Below the pieces are notes generated by a model. That model was not told the DNA's origin, made no database searches, and saw only the letters and a program-made list of their open reading frames with translations. A stretch of 64,000 bases of DNA from a virus: the IMG/VR virus record IMGVR_UViG_3300020463_000013, positions 1-64,000 of that record; one strand, 5' to 3'. Positions 1 through 9,432 of the stretch are shown piece by piece. The position numbers and the translations under genes are program-made. The stretch's first letter is position 1; every line of letters begins with the position of its first letter.

Positions 1-42
1 GAGCGTTTTGGCAAGTATATTACTGCCGCACAAAGCGCCTAA
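1..42 (+). CDS. 3' end of upstream gene, probably MoxR-like AAA+ ATPase (partial)
   Basis: Frame 1 reads ERFGKYITAAQSA-stop; identity inferred only from position before a metallopeptidase-vWA gene, the usual partner of MoxR ATPases. Confidence 0.4.
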   Translation, partial: ERFGKYITAAQSA

Positions 43-55
43 GCCAAAAAGAGTT

Positions 56-82
56 GGGCGATCTCTCCAAAACGCCCTTTTT
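56..82 (+). terminator. possible weak intrinsic terminator
   Basis: GGGCG (56-60) / CGCCC (73-77) stem with 12-nt loop and a T-run, just after the stop at 42. Confidence 0.35.
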
Positions 83-85
83 CAC

Positions 86-114
86 TTGACTTTTGTCGTA
101 AATAGTAGTATATT
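86..114 (+). promoter_or_regulatory. sigma70-type promoter
   Basis: TTGACT-N17-TATATT upstream of ATG 145. Confidence 0.65.
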
Positions 115-144
115 AATAGTATAAACAGAGATAGGTAGCACACT

Positions 145-1452
145 ATGTCCACTAAAGATACACAAACTAAACTAAAGCACTGGCAACCAGACCCAGATAT
201 TACACAAGAACAACTTGAAGAAATGAGAGTTGAAGTTGTAGAACGTATTGTAGTTGCAAGAGTAGGATTACTTTTACGTCATCCTTGGTTTGGAAATATG
301 GCAACACGTTTACGTATTGTTGCCGCTGATGACTGGTTAGGCACTGCGGCTGTAGATGGTCGTAACTTATTCTTCAATACACAATTCTTTAATGCAATGG
401 GCAATAAAGAAATTGAATTTGTTATTGCACACGAAATTTTGCATCTTGTGTTTGATCATTTAGGACGTAGGGATCATAGACATCCTATGTTATATAATAT
501 CTCCGCAGACTACAAAGTCAATAATACATTAGTAAGAGATAGAATTGGTGAGAAACCAAAAATTGTAGATTGTTACCAAGACTTTAAATATGAGTCGTAT
601 ACTTCAGAAGAAATTTATGACGAACTATACGAAACTGCTAAAAAGAATGGTGAAGAATTCCTTAAAGAACTTGGCGAATTACTTGACGAACATCTTGATC
701 CAGAAGGTAACGAAGGCGACAAAGGCGAAGGACAAGACGGTAAAGATAAAAATGGTAACAATGTTAGCAAGGGCAAACCTAAATATTCAAAAGAAGAACT
801 TAACAGAATTAAAGACGAAGTAAAAGAAGGCATGATGCAAGCCGCACAGAGTGCTGGTGCAGGTAATGTGCCTGGAGAAGTTGCACGTTTAATACAACAA
901 CTTACAGAACCAAAGATGAACTGGCGTGAACTTATTCGTCAGCAAATACAATCAACAATTAAAAATGACTATACCTTTAGTCGTCCTTCACGTAAGGGAT
1001 GGCACACAGGTGCAGTATTGCCAGGTATGAACTTTATGGATACTATCGATATTGCAATATCAATAGACATGAGTGGTTCTATCGGAAATAATCAGGCACA
1101 AGACTTTTTAGGTGAAATAAAAGGTATAATGGAAGAGTTCAAAGACTATAAAATTAAACTTTGGACTTTTGATACAAAAGTTTACAATGAAGAAGACTTT
1201 AGTGCAGACGATGGAAAAGACTTATTAGATTATGAAATCTTCGGTGGAGGTGGCACTGACTTTGATGTAAACTGGAAGTACATGAAAGATCAAGATATTG
1301 TACCTAATAAGTTTATTATGTTTACAGATGGTTATCCTTGGGATAGTTGGGGAGATGACAATTACTGCGATACTATTTTTGTGATACATAGTAACATGGA
1401 TAAAAATTTGCAAGCACCATTTGGTGTAACAGCTCACTATGATGCGGCATGA
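145..1452 (+). CDS. metallopeptidase-like plus vWA domain protein (DUF2201-like)
   Basis: HEILH (HExxH), acidic/Gly linker, MIDAS DMSGS, GGGGTDF, FTDG. Confidence 0.85.
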   Translation: MSTKDTQTKLKHWQPDPDITQEQLEEMRVEVVERIVVARVGLLLRHPWFGNMATRLRIVAADDWLGTAAVDGRNLFFNTQFFNAMGNKEIEFVIAHEILHLVFDHLGRRDHRHPMLYNISADYKVNNTLVRDRIGEKPKIVDCYQDFKYESYTSEEIYDELYETAKKNGEEFLKELGELLDEHLDPEGNEGDKGEGQDGKDKNGNNVSKGKPKYSKEELNRIKDEVKEGMMQAAQSAGAGNVPGEVARLIQQLTEPKMNWRELIRQQIQSTIKNDYTFSRPSRKGWHTGAVLPGMNFMDTIDIAISIDMSGSIGNNQAQDFLGEIKGIMEEFKDYKIKLWTFDTKVYNEEDFSADDGKDLLDYEIFGGGGTDFDVNWKYMKDQDIVPNKFIMFTDGYPWDSWGDDNYCDTIFVIHSNMDKNLQAPFGVTAHYDAA

Positions 1453-1727
1453 TTAAAGATAAACCTAATGCATTAAACTTTTTTGATATTAGAAAAATGA
1501 AGGTTCCGCCGCCTCATTTTGAATACATGGTGATGCCACAAAAGTATAATTTAGAATCTAGTCTCGATAAATGGATAACACATCATCTAAGAGGCAGGTA
1601 TTATCTAGGCACAACACTTGCCGTAGGGGAAGTAAACGGCTTAGATACAAGACTAAAAGTGGGGTTTGAAGATGCTAAAGAGTTAAGTTATTTCACTTTG
1701 GCGTGTCCACTTTTAAAGTATCATTAA
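1449..1727 (+). CDS. hypothetical protein
   Basis: 92-aa ORF, ATGA overlap with upstream stop. Confidence 0.7.
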   Translation: MIKDKPNALNFFDIRKMKVPPPHFEYMVMPQKYNLESSLDKWITHHLRGRYYLGTTLAVGEVNGLDTRLKVGFEDAKELSYFTLACPLLKYH

Positions 1728-1764
1728 ATAAAGTGCGTATATATATTATATAGGAGAAAATAAA

Positions 1765-2004
1765 ATGGCAGACAAAGCCGAAAAAGAAGTTGTACAAACA
1801 GAACAAGCACCTGCACCAGATCAGCAGGCTCAGAGTGCTGAACTTACTGTAAACGACTTATCAAACATCAAACAAATTATTGATGTTGCAAGTTCACGTG
1901 GAGCATTTAAACCTAATGAAATGATGACTGTTGGCCAGGTGTATAACAAACTTGAAACATTTTTAGCAACAGTGGCCCAACAACAACCGCCACAAGGAGA
2001 ATAA
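1765..2004 (+). CDS. hypothetical protein
   Basis: AGGAG SD; TAAATA at 1725-1730. Confidence 0.75.
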   Translation: MADKAEKEVVQTEQAPAPDQQAQSAELTVNDLSNIKQIIDVASSRGAFKPNEMMTVGQVYNKLETFLATVAQQQPPQGE

Positions 2005-2005
2005 A

Positions 2006-2626
2006 ATGGCATTAAAACATATTGGTAGACTACATGATACCAAAAAGAAATGTGCTGTGGTTTATAGGGTAGTCCCAGGTGAACCAAACAGTGCAGTCAT
2101 TGTGATGACAGAGAGTCTTGCCGCAGAAGAACATGATTCACTAATACAGTTAATTGAGTCACCTGCAGGACAAGACGCATACGAGCTAGGAGAAGCTATG
2201 GCAAGAGCTACTTTACCAGACGGTAGAATTATGCTTCCGGCTTTTCATTCAACAGGTAAAATGAATAAAGTTGATGCAAGTAGAGTAGAAATGATTCCTA
2301 ATTCATCTACTTCTGTTAATCTTGCAGAACTAAACAGAAATATTGCAGAGCAACAAGGAGTAAGTGTTGCCGATTTAGCACTTAAAGGACCTGACGGTAA
2401 AACAGTTCCTGATCAGACAGCTCCACAAGTTGATGCAACTGCAATGTATCAAGGTGGCGAAGTAGCTTCCGAAGACGGTGTACTAAGTGACGAACAGTTA
2501 GCAGCATCTTACCGTAGTCAGGCAGATAGGCTTTTTAAAGAAGCTAAAGCCTTACGTGAACAAGCAGAAGATCTTGTTCCTACGAAGCGTAAGAAAGCAA
2601 CTGCTGATGCCACCGAAGAAGGATAA
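2006..2626 (+). CDS. hypothetical protein with C-terminal coiled coil
   Basis: AGGAG SD, 206-aa ORF. Confidence 0.75.
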   Translation: MALKHIGRLHDTKKKCAVVYRVVPGEPNSAVIVMTESLAAEEHDSLIQLIESPAGQDAYELGEAMARATLPDGRIMLPAFHSTGKMNKVDASRVEMIPNSSTSVNLAELNRNIAEQQGVSVADLALKGPDGKTVPDQTAPQVDATAMYQGGEVASEDGVLSDEQLAASYRSQADRLFKEAKALREQAEDLVPTKRKKATADATEEG

Positions 2627-2927
2627 ACTTTCTAGGGGTGTACAAAATGCATGGCCGGAAGTATTCAAGGACATTAAAGTTGATGTAATTCCTATAGAGT
2701 ATCTTACAAGTATTAGAGTCATTTTTAAAGACAATAAAGTTTGGGAAATTGACATGATTTCTTCTAGGGATAAATTAGGAGACGAAGCCGTTTTAGAAGA
2801 TGTGCTACAAGAATTATTCGATGAATATGAAAATAGCATTGCAAATATAGACTTTAGACTTGATACAGAACGGTTAAAACATGACATTCAAAAGCGAACT
2901 AGGGTATTTTTGAAGAAAGGCAAATGA
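2607..2927 (+). CDS. hypothetical protein
   Basis: ORF track 2556-2927; start moved to ATG 2607 (MPPKKD) to minimise overlap. Confidence 0.6.
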   Translation: MPPKKDKLSRGVQNAWPEVFKDIKVDVIPIEYLTSIRVIFKDNKVWEIDMISSRDKLGDEAVLEDVLQELFDEYENSIANIDFRLDTERLKHDIQKRTRVFLKKGK

Positions 2928-2938
2928 TTACTAAAGGC

Positions 2939-2945
2939 ATAAATA
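2939..2945 (+). promoter_or_regulatory. T4-late-like promoter element
   Basis: ATAAATA upstream of tail fibre gene; same motif precedes many structural genes here. Confidence 0.6.
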
Positions 2946-2976
2946 TACATAGCAGAACGAATCCAGGAGTATAGTA

Positions 2977-4137
2977 ATGGCTTTACAGATAAGACGTGGT
3001 ACCGACACAGAAAGACAAGGGATAACACCTAAAGCAGGTGAACCAATCTTTACAACAGATACAAAAAAGTTGTACGTAGGTGACGGCTCAACAGTAGGTG
3101 GTGTTATTGTAGACACAACAGGCAGTCAGTTAACAAACATAATTGAAGATATCACACCACAGCTGGGCGGAAATTTAGATTTAAATAATCAAAGCATTGT
3201 TGGAACAGGTAGCATAGCCATTACTGGACAGATTTCTGCAAGTTCAATTGATTTAAAAGGTTCTATATTTGCTGATGATTCAACCCTGCTAGTTGACGGA
3301 ATCACAGGACGTATAGTAGGTCCTGTACATGCAAATGTTACAGGTAATGTTACTGGAAATGTTACAGGTAATTTACAAGGTAACGTAGAAGGCGGTAGTA
3401 TTAAAGCCTCAAACGGTAACGTAATATTAGATCCAGGTAATGGTACAAGTACTCCAGCTACATTTTCAGGTAATGCTACTGGTAATCACGGAGGTACATT
3501 TTCTGGAAGTATTCTAGCAGATGGTGCTCTAAACGGAGACCTAATAGGTTCTGTATTTGGTGATGATAGTACTCCTATTATTGACGGAGTTAGCAACAAA
3601 ATTTTAGCGTCAACTTATAAGGCTGATGCTGCCTTTGAAAAAGAAACAGGCGAAAGAGCAAAAATTGACATTATTGCTAAACAATTATCTAATTTAAATG
3701 GTACATATGGAAACATAGATTTTACTGGTGTTGACACAGGCGGAAATACTAGAAGAGGAGGTAGATTCTTTGGCAGTGGACAAGGCTTCTTCTTTATGAG
3801 TGATAACTCAGGTGCAGGCGTCCTTGATGCCCATCCTGAAAACAGAACTATTTCTTTAAGTGATTCTGGAATAGCATACGGACTATACGCTGCCACAGCA
3901 AAATTAGATATACGCGGAGACGCAATTATTACCGGTGGACTTACTGCTGATGTTACAGGTTCATTATATTCAGATTCAAGCACACTTCTAATAGATGGCA
4001 CAACCGGAAAAATAATGGTTGCGGCTGTTGACTTAGTAGGACAAGTAGGTAACACTCCAGGCACTCCGGGTGCCATAGACAGTTGGCTAGAAGTAAAAGT
4101 AAACGGTCTTACAAAATATATAGCACTTTACGACTAA
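2977..4137 (+). CDS. tail fibre protein (Mtd/hyaluronidase-like N-terminal anchor)
   Basis: MALQIRRGT...GEPIFTTDTKKLYVGDG N-terminus, GNVT repeats, three D-x-x-GS-x-[FY]-x-D-[DS]-ST-x-x-x-DG repeats. Confidence 0.75.
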   Translation: MALQIRRGTDTERQGITPKAGEPIFTTDTKKLYVGDGSTVGGVIVDTTGSQLTNIIEDITPQLGGNLDLNNQSIVGTGSIAITGQISASSIDLKGSIFADDSTLLVDGITGRIVGPVHANVTGNVTGNVTGNLQGNVEGGSIKASNGNVILDPGNGTSTPATFSGNATGNHGGTFSGSILADGALNGDLIGSVFGDDSTPIIDGVSNKILASTYKADAAFEKETGERAKIDIIAKQLSNLNGTYGNIDFTGVDTGGNTRRGGRFFGSGQGFFFMSDNSGAGVLDAHPENRTISLSDSGIAYGLYAATAKLDIRGDAIITGGLTADVTGSLYSDSSTLLIDGTTGKIMVAAVDLVGQVGNTPGTPGAIDSWLEVKVNGLTKYIALYD

Positions 4138-4181
4138 TATCATAATAAAATATATTAGACGCTTTTTCCATTAAATACAAT

Positions 4182-6104
4182 ATGATCAACGTCCAGTTAA
4201 TTAGTATATCCAGTACTTGGATGAATACTTTACCTATGACTCTTTCTTTAATGGAAGAATATAGCAAAACTGATCCTAAATTATGTGACGTAAATTTTCT
4301 ACCATATATTTTCCATACGCATCAAAAAAGTGTACTCGATTTTATGCCTTCTGAGAATATAGATGTAGCAGGAGCAACACTTTATATTTGGAATGCTAGT
4401 AGAAGTCTAAAACTCCTTAGGGAAATAAAAGCAAATAATCCTAATTGCACTACTATTGTAGGCGGTGGCAATGCACCTTACTATGATAAAGAAGCAGAAC
4501 AATTTTTAAGAGAACATCCTTATATAGATTTTATAATTCATAAAGAAGGAGAAGATCCATTAAGACAAATTTTACTCTATAAAAAGAACTTGATAGAAAA
4601 AACAGAAATTGATAGCGTATCATACTTAGAAAAAAATCATTATAAAAGACACAAGTTAGCAATATTCCAAAGTTTAGATACACCTTCTCCTTTCAAAAAT
4701 AAAAATTTTTTACGCTGTATGGATCAAGTAGATGAACTAGGATTACTTAGAGGTACAGTTTGGGAAACAAACAGAGGTTGTCCTTATAGTTGTAGTTTTT
4801 GCGACTGGGGAGGATTAGTATCACAAAAAATAAGACAGGTTCCAGATCAAAGACTTTTTGAGGAAATGGAATTTCTTGTACAAAATATGGATGAAATATT
4901 TTTTGGAGATGCTAACTTTGGTATTTTTCCTAGAGATGTAGAAATAACAAAAAAAATTGTTAATTACTATGAAACTTTAGATAATCCGCGTTTAAAAGTT
5001 ATGCATACAGGTAATGCAAAAAACACAACTGACAGAGTATATGAAATAGGAAAGTTACTAAACAAATATAACCTACAAAGATCGGGAGTAAGTTTAAGTT
5101 TACAAACATACACAGACGAAGCATTAGCCAATGTAAAAAGGACTAATATACAAAAAGAAAAATATCAAGAGCTAACATCAAAATTTATAGGTGACGGAGT
5201 TCCTGTTTACACCGATATGATTATTAATTTACCAGGCGAAACATTTAGTTCATTTTTAGATAGTTTAGAAATAGTGTTACAAGGCGATGTTACTGACATT
5301 AGAACTTTCTTATTAGAGATGTATCCTAACAGTGCAATATCACAAGAAGTAGAAAAATTTAAAATAAAAACTAGAAAAAATTTAATACTAAGAGGCGTAA
5401 CTGAAGATGAAAATGAATATACAGAACAAGTATATGAAACATATTCTATGAAATATGAAGATGCTGAACGATTAAGAAGATTAACTATTTTTATTGATAT
5501 TTTACATCAAGGAAAATATTTGTACTACATAGCAAAATACCTTAAAAATATGCATCAAATACGTTTTGTAGATTTTTATCTAGATCTATTTAAAAAGACA
5601 GAAGGCTTTATAAGTGATATTGCAAACAACGATAGAATTTTAGATAGATACAATAACGGTGTAGATATAGAAGCAACTGGAAAAACACCTTTTGATATTA
5701 AATGGGGTAATACTTTTAGAAAACAACAATTTATTTGGACTGTAATTTCAGAAAATAAGAAAACATTTTACGAAGAGATACAACAATATTCAAAAAAATA
5801 TAATGATGTTGCATTAGAAGATCTTATCTTATACCAAAACGATTTAATGATAAGTGCTGATTTTGATCCAGATACAGGAAAGATTAAAAATTACAAATAT
5901 AATTGGTATGATTATTTTAACAATAATAAAATCTTAAAACAAGAACAAAATAAATTATTCTTCTATGATACACATATAGGTACATTGTCAGAACAAATAC
6001 CTTTGAAAGATCCTAGTATCTTTATGAAATATGCGGCAGGGGGACGAAGTTATTTTACCCAAAGGCAGGGTAGTTACATTCATCAATCAATCAAACAACT
6101 TTGA
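4182..6104 (+). CDS. B12-binding-domain radical SAM protein
   Basis: YIWN...IVGGG...EGE N-domain; ETNRGCPYSCSFC. Confidence 0.85.
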   Translation: MINVQLISISSTWMNTLPMTLSLMEEYSKTDPKLCDVNFLPYIFHTHQKSVLDFMPSENIDVAGATLYIWNASRSLKLLREIKANNPNCTTIVGGGNAPYYDKEAEQFLREHPYIDFIIHKEGEDPLRQILLYKKNLIEKTEIDSVSYLEKNHYKRHKLAIFQSLDTPSPFKNKNFLRCMDQVDELGLLRGTVWETNRGCPYSCSFCDWGGLVSQKIRQVPDQRLFEEMEFLVQNMDEIFFGDANFGIFPRDVEITKKIVNYYETLDNPRLKVMHTGNAKNTTDRVYEIGKLLNKYNLQRSGVSLSLQTYTDEALANVKRTNIQKEKYQELTSKFIGDGVPVYTDMIINLPGETFSSFLDSLEIVLQGDVTDIRTFLLEMYPNSAISQEVEKFKIKTRKNLILRGVTEDENEYTEQVYETYSMKYEDAERLRRLTIFIDILHQGKYLYYIAKYLKNMHQIRFVDFYLDLFKKTEGFISDIANNDRILDRYNNGVDIEATGKTPFDIKWGNTFRKQQFIWTVISENKKTFYEEIQQYSKKYNDVALEDLILYQNDLMISADFDPDTGKIKNYKYNWYDYFNNNKILKQEQNKLFFYDTHIGTLSEQIPLKDPSIFMKYAAGGRSYFTQRQGSYIHQSIKQL

Positions 6105-6677
6105 GATATCGTTCCAAGTAAGGTCGTGCCTAAACAACCAACGCATAATGACCCTTGGCACAGTTTTAAATCTTATTCCGTGCCAGGCATCAGTTCTAAG
6201 TATAATTGGTTTTTCATTTACCATAGACACTTCACAAACTTTTTCCAGTAGCTCCTCGTTTTCACACCATGTGCCAGTCTTGACGTTAAATTCTTTTTGA
6301 TTAGGATGATCAGCATACCATTCAACTATGCTATTATCTGCATTATATAATGGAAATACAAGCGATCCGGCATATCGTGTATCATTTCCATCTTTGTGTT
6401 TACCTACTACATATTCTCCATCAATTTTTGTAAAAAATTTGTTTCCAGCAAGTGTAAGTTTATCTTCGCTATAATGTATTATTGTAAATATGTCATGCAT
6501 TACGCCTGTATCTCTAAGCTCAATAAGTTTTTTACATTCTATAGGAATATCTTCTGAATAAATTTTTGCTTTGAAGTTATCCTCCCCTGAAAAATGATAC
6601 TGAGTAATTCTAGCGGCGGCTTCTATTTCTTTTTTATCTATGTTTAGATTGGGTATTTTAAAATATGTGTTCAGCAT
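6087..6677 (-). CDS. putative Fe(II)/2OG oxygenase-fold protein
   Basis: HKD ... AWH ... R spacing resembles the HxD...H...R signature. Confidence 0.45.
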   Translation of the reverse strand: MLNTYFKIPNLNIDKKEIEAAARITQYHFSGEDNFKAKIYSEDIPIECKKLIELRDTGVMHDIFTIIHYSEDKLTLAGNKFFTKIDGEYVVGKHKDGNDTRYAGSLVFPLYNADNSIVEWYADHPNQKEFNVKTGTWCENEELLEKVCEVSMVNEKPIILRTDAWHGIRFKTVPRVIMRWLFRHDLTWNDISKLFD

Positions 6678-7179
6678 ACCATTGATAATCCTTTTCTTGA
6701 GCGTCTCTAAATGTTTTCATTCTTTCCAGCTGAGGAACAAAATTAGTAATACCTGTACGCTTGTTTATTTTTTTTGACAAAAATTTTATAAGACTGTAAT
6801 CTCTATCTGGTTCAAGAGTAAAAATAGCTCTTTCAAAACCCTTGTCTTGTAACCATTCTATTTGATGTTTAGCCATAGATGCTACAGGAGTATGACGCCA
6901 TAATGCTCCATCGTGTGATCTGGTTTTTGGATCAAACCAAGTACGTGTAAGTATACGCACAGTTCCAGGTTGAAAAAAATGATCCTGTATACAACTAAAA
7001 GCAATAATATCTTTATCCGAGTCGTCAAATACTAGAGTCCAATAATGATATTTTTTATAATTTGACTTTAATGATTCTAGCCAATGATTACTTCTACCCT
7101 GATAAGTATCATACAGATAATTTAAATAATCTTGAAATTGTGTTTCATATCCGCTTAACGGTTTTACATTATAATTCAT
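6658..7179 (-). CDS. hypothetical protein, possible GNAT-fold acyltransferase
   Basis: 173 aa; IIAFSCI...VRILTRTWF strand pattern is weakly GNAT-like. Confidence 0.35.
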   Translation of the reverse strand: MNYNVKPLSGYETQFQDYLNYLYDTYQGRSNHWLESLKSNYKKYHYWTLVFDDSDKDIIAFSCIQDHFFQPGTVRILTRTWFDPKTRSHDGALWRHTPVASMAKHQIEWLQDKGFERAIFTLEPDRDYSLIKFLSKKINKRTGITNFVPQLERMKTFRDAQEKDYQWYAEHIF

Positions 7180-7867
7180 ATTTAAAATTCAGCCTTAATA
7201 GTTCACGGTGACCTTTAAACGCTGGTCGACGATGTAACATTCTACGATTATCGTATAGTAATATATCACCCTTTTTCCAAAAATGCTTTTTAAAAAAAAC
7301 TTTACCTCGATCAAGTAGATCTTCTTGATGAATTGGTTTAGTGGATGATATCATTGAACCGGGACTAAAATACAATGTAGTTTGTTTAGTCACAGGATGT
7401 TGCAAACATAAATCTCTTTCTATCACAGAATCTTTATTGTATGCTGTATATTTCTTTGGTACACCATAAGTTATTTTTATTTCTTTAAAATACTTTTTTT
7501 CAGCATCTGTTAATGAGTCATATAATTTATTACAATCTAAAAACTCTGTATAAGTATCATAATCACTTTCTTTAAAGGCTAACAATGTACCGTGATAATC
7601 TCCGGGTGTGTAAGTAAGGTCTCGATGCCAAGGCAAATATGTGTTTCCTAAAATTGCTTCTTCACTAATTTTTTGTACGTAATCTTCATCTTTGATATGA
7701 GTGTTTGATGTTATTTTTAACAACTCTCCAAAATAACTTGCTATCTTTTTTAAGGTATCGTGCGAAAAGGTATCCAAATTAATATTCACTATACCATTAT
7801 TAAAAAATTCAGTCTTTAGGATATCTATATTTTCTAAATTGTTAATTACTTGCATGTTTAAACTCAT
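7169..7867 (-). CDS. TauD/TfdA-family dioxygenase
   Basis: WHRD, TEFLD, HPVT, GDILLYDNRRMLHRR. Confidence 0.85.
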   Translation of the reverse strand: MSLNMQVINNLENIDILKTEFFNNGIVNINLDTFSHDTLKKIASYFGELLKITSNTHIKDEDYVQKISEEAILGNTYLPWHRDLTYTPGDYHGTLLAFKESDYDTYTEFLDCNKLYDSLTDAEKKYFKEIKITYGVPKKYTAYNKDSVIERDLCLQHPVTKQTTLYFSPGSMISSTKPIHQEDLLDRGKVFFKKHFWKKGDILLYDNRRMLHRRPAFKGHRELLRLNFKYEL

Positions 7868-8573
7868 ATTGAAAATTTACCCTTAAAAGTTTTCGATGCC
7901 CTTCAAATGCGTCACGCCTATGTAACATCCTTCTGTTATCCCAAAGTATCATACTACCTGGCTCCCAATGATGTTTGAAAGCTAAAGTTTCACAATGCTT
8001 AATAAATTTTTCTTTGTCAATAGGTTTGTTTGTTTCCATAAGTGTTTCAGGACTAAAATACAATGATGTTTGATTAGTTATAGGATGTGTCATTGCCATT
8101 GGCCTAGTCATTACATGTTTTTGTATAACCTTGACTTGTGTTTCTGAAATAAGTCCATCATACTTACCAGGAATACCAAAAGTACAATCGACATCGCTAA
8201 TGTATTGTTTATCTTCTTGATCTAACAATTCATAGGCTTTGTTACAATCTACAAATTCAGTGTGTGTCGGAGTATCAGACTCAACAAATGCTAACAATGT
8301 TCCATGATAATCGCCTATACTGTAACTAAAGTCGTTGTGCCAAGGCACAACAGTATTGCCAAACAGGGCGTCTTCTTGTAATAACTGCACATGTCTGTCT
8401 CCTGGTATGTGATGCTTTCCTGTTATTAATAATTTTCCAAAATAAGATGCAATTTCCTTTAGTGTAGTTGGCTCAATGTTATCAGGGTCTGTTTTAACAT
8501 GCACATATCCACTTTTAAAGTATTCTTTTACTATACTATCTTTATCTTTTATATCATTAATAACCATATTCAT
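7842..8573 (-). CDS. TauD/TfdA-family dioxygenase (paralogue)
   Basis: WHND, TEFVD, HPIT, LWDNRRMLHRR; start probably ATG 8573 or 8567 after AGGAG. Confidence 0.85.
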   Translation of the reverse strand: MNMVINDIKDKDSIVKEYFKSGYVHVKTDPDNIEPTTLKEIASYFGKLLITGKHHIPGDRHVQLLQEDALFGNTVVPWHNDFSYSIGDYHGTLLAFVESDTPTHTEFVDCNKAYELLDQEDKQYISDVDCTFGIPGKYDGLISETQVKVIQKHVMTRPMAMTHPITNQTSLYFSPETLMETNKPIDKEKFIKHCETLAFKHHWEPGSMILWDNRRMLHRRDAFEGHRKLLRVNFQYEFKHASN

Positions 8574-9432
8574 TCTCCTTGACATGATGAAAGAACGGAG
8601 CAATTTGCCAATTCTCTGTAATACGTCCTCTCATTTCATTTCCAAAATCAGGCACACCTTCATCATCTACTGCCCAGTCTACCAATCTAATAAAAACATT
8701 CTTGTATTTAAACACATATCCTTCCATGTTGTTTACTATTTCTTGTGTTTTATTTTCTTGCATATAATTTTCATCTATTTCTAATTTATCGCAAACAACT
8801 TTTTTAAAGTCCGAAAAATTATAGGTATGGTCATTTCCCATGCTTCTGCCAAGTGTAGCAATAGTTCTTAATCTAACAACAGGAGGTATTTTAATATTAT
8901 ACACATCTGCGTAGTGACACATAAGATCAACTTGATCCTTTATTGTTTTTTCGTTTACGCCTTTAGCAATAATAGTTCCTGTGTTCACTATAAATTTATG
9001 TTTTAGTAAATTTTTTAAAGCTCTGTGCTTTAGTGTAGCATACTTTCCGCTATCTAATATTTTATATATATTATCGTCTGTTGCTCCATTCATACTTAAC
9101 AACACAAGCCTTAATCCTGCTTCTTTTAGTTGCTCCACGTATTCTTCTCTGCCAAGTTTCAATCCATTTGTTGTCAAACTTACTCTATGTCCTAATTTTC
9201 TGACTTCTTGTATGATTTCAAATAAATCATCCCGCATAGTAGCTTCAGCACCAATTAATCTTACAAATGTTCTATTGGGCAGTTTACTAACAAATTCAAA
9301 TAGTTTATTTTTATCCATATCAGGAATTTCTCTGTTAGGAATATAACAGTTAGCACACTCCATGTTGCACCTATGTGTAAGGTCAACCATTATAGCGTCA
9401 AATGTATTTTGTTCTGGATTAAGCAGTTTCAT
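8557..9432 (-). CDS. radical SAM protein
   Basis: LTHRCNMECANC, GAEAT, TTNG; start moved to ATG 9432 (track 9486). Confidence 0.85.
   Translation of the reverse strand: MKLLNPEQNTFDAIMVDLTHRCNMECANCYIPNREIPDMDKNKLFEFVSKLPNRTFVRLIGAEATMRDDLFEIIQEVRKLGHRVSLTTNGLKLGREEYVEQLKEAGLRLVLLSMNGATDDNIYKILDSGKYATLKHRALKNLLKHKFIVNTGTIIAKGVNEKTIKDQVDLMCHYADVYNIKIPPVVRLRTIATLGRSMGNDHTYNFSDFKKVVCDKLEIDENYMQENKTQEIVNNMEGYVFKYKNVFIRLVDWAVDDEGVPDFGNEMRGRITENWQIAPFFHHVKENEYGY

Noticed and set aside
2977-4137. Diversity-generating retroelement target (Mtd-like N-terminus)
   Set aside because: No reverse transcriptase or TR/VR repeat pair seen in the window
8557-9432. moaA (molybdenum cofactor synthesis)
   Set aside because: No C-terminal CxxC...C cluster or GG terminus, and no other moa genes
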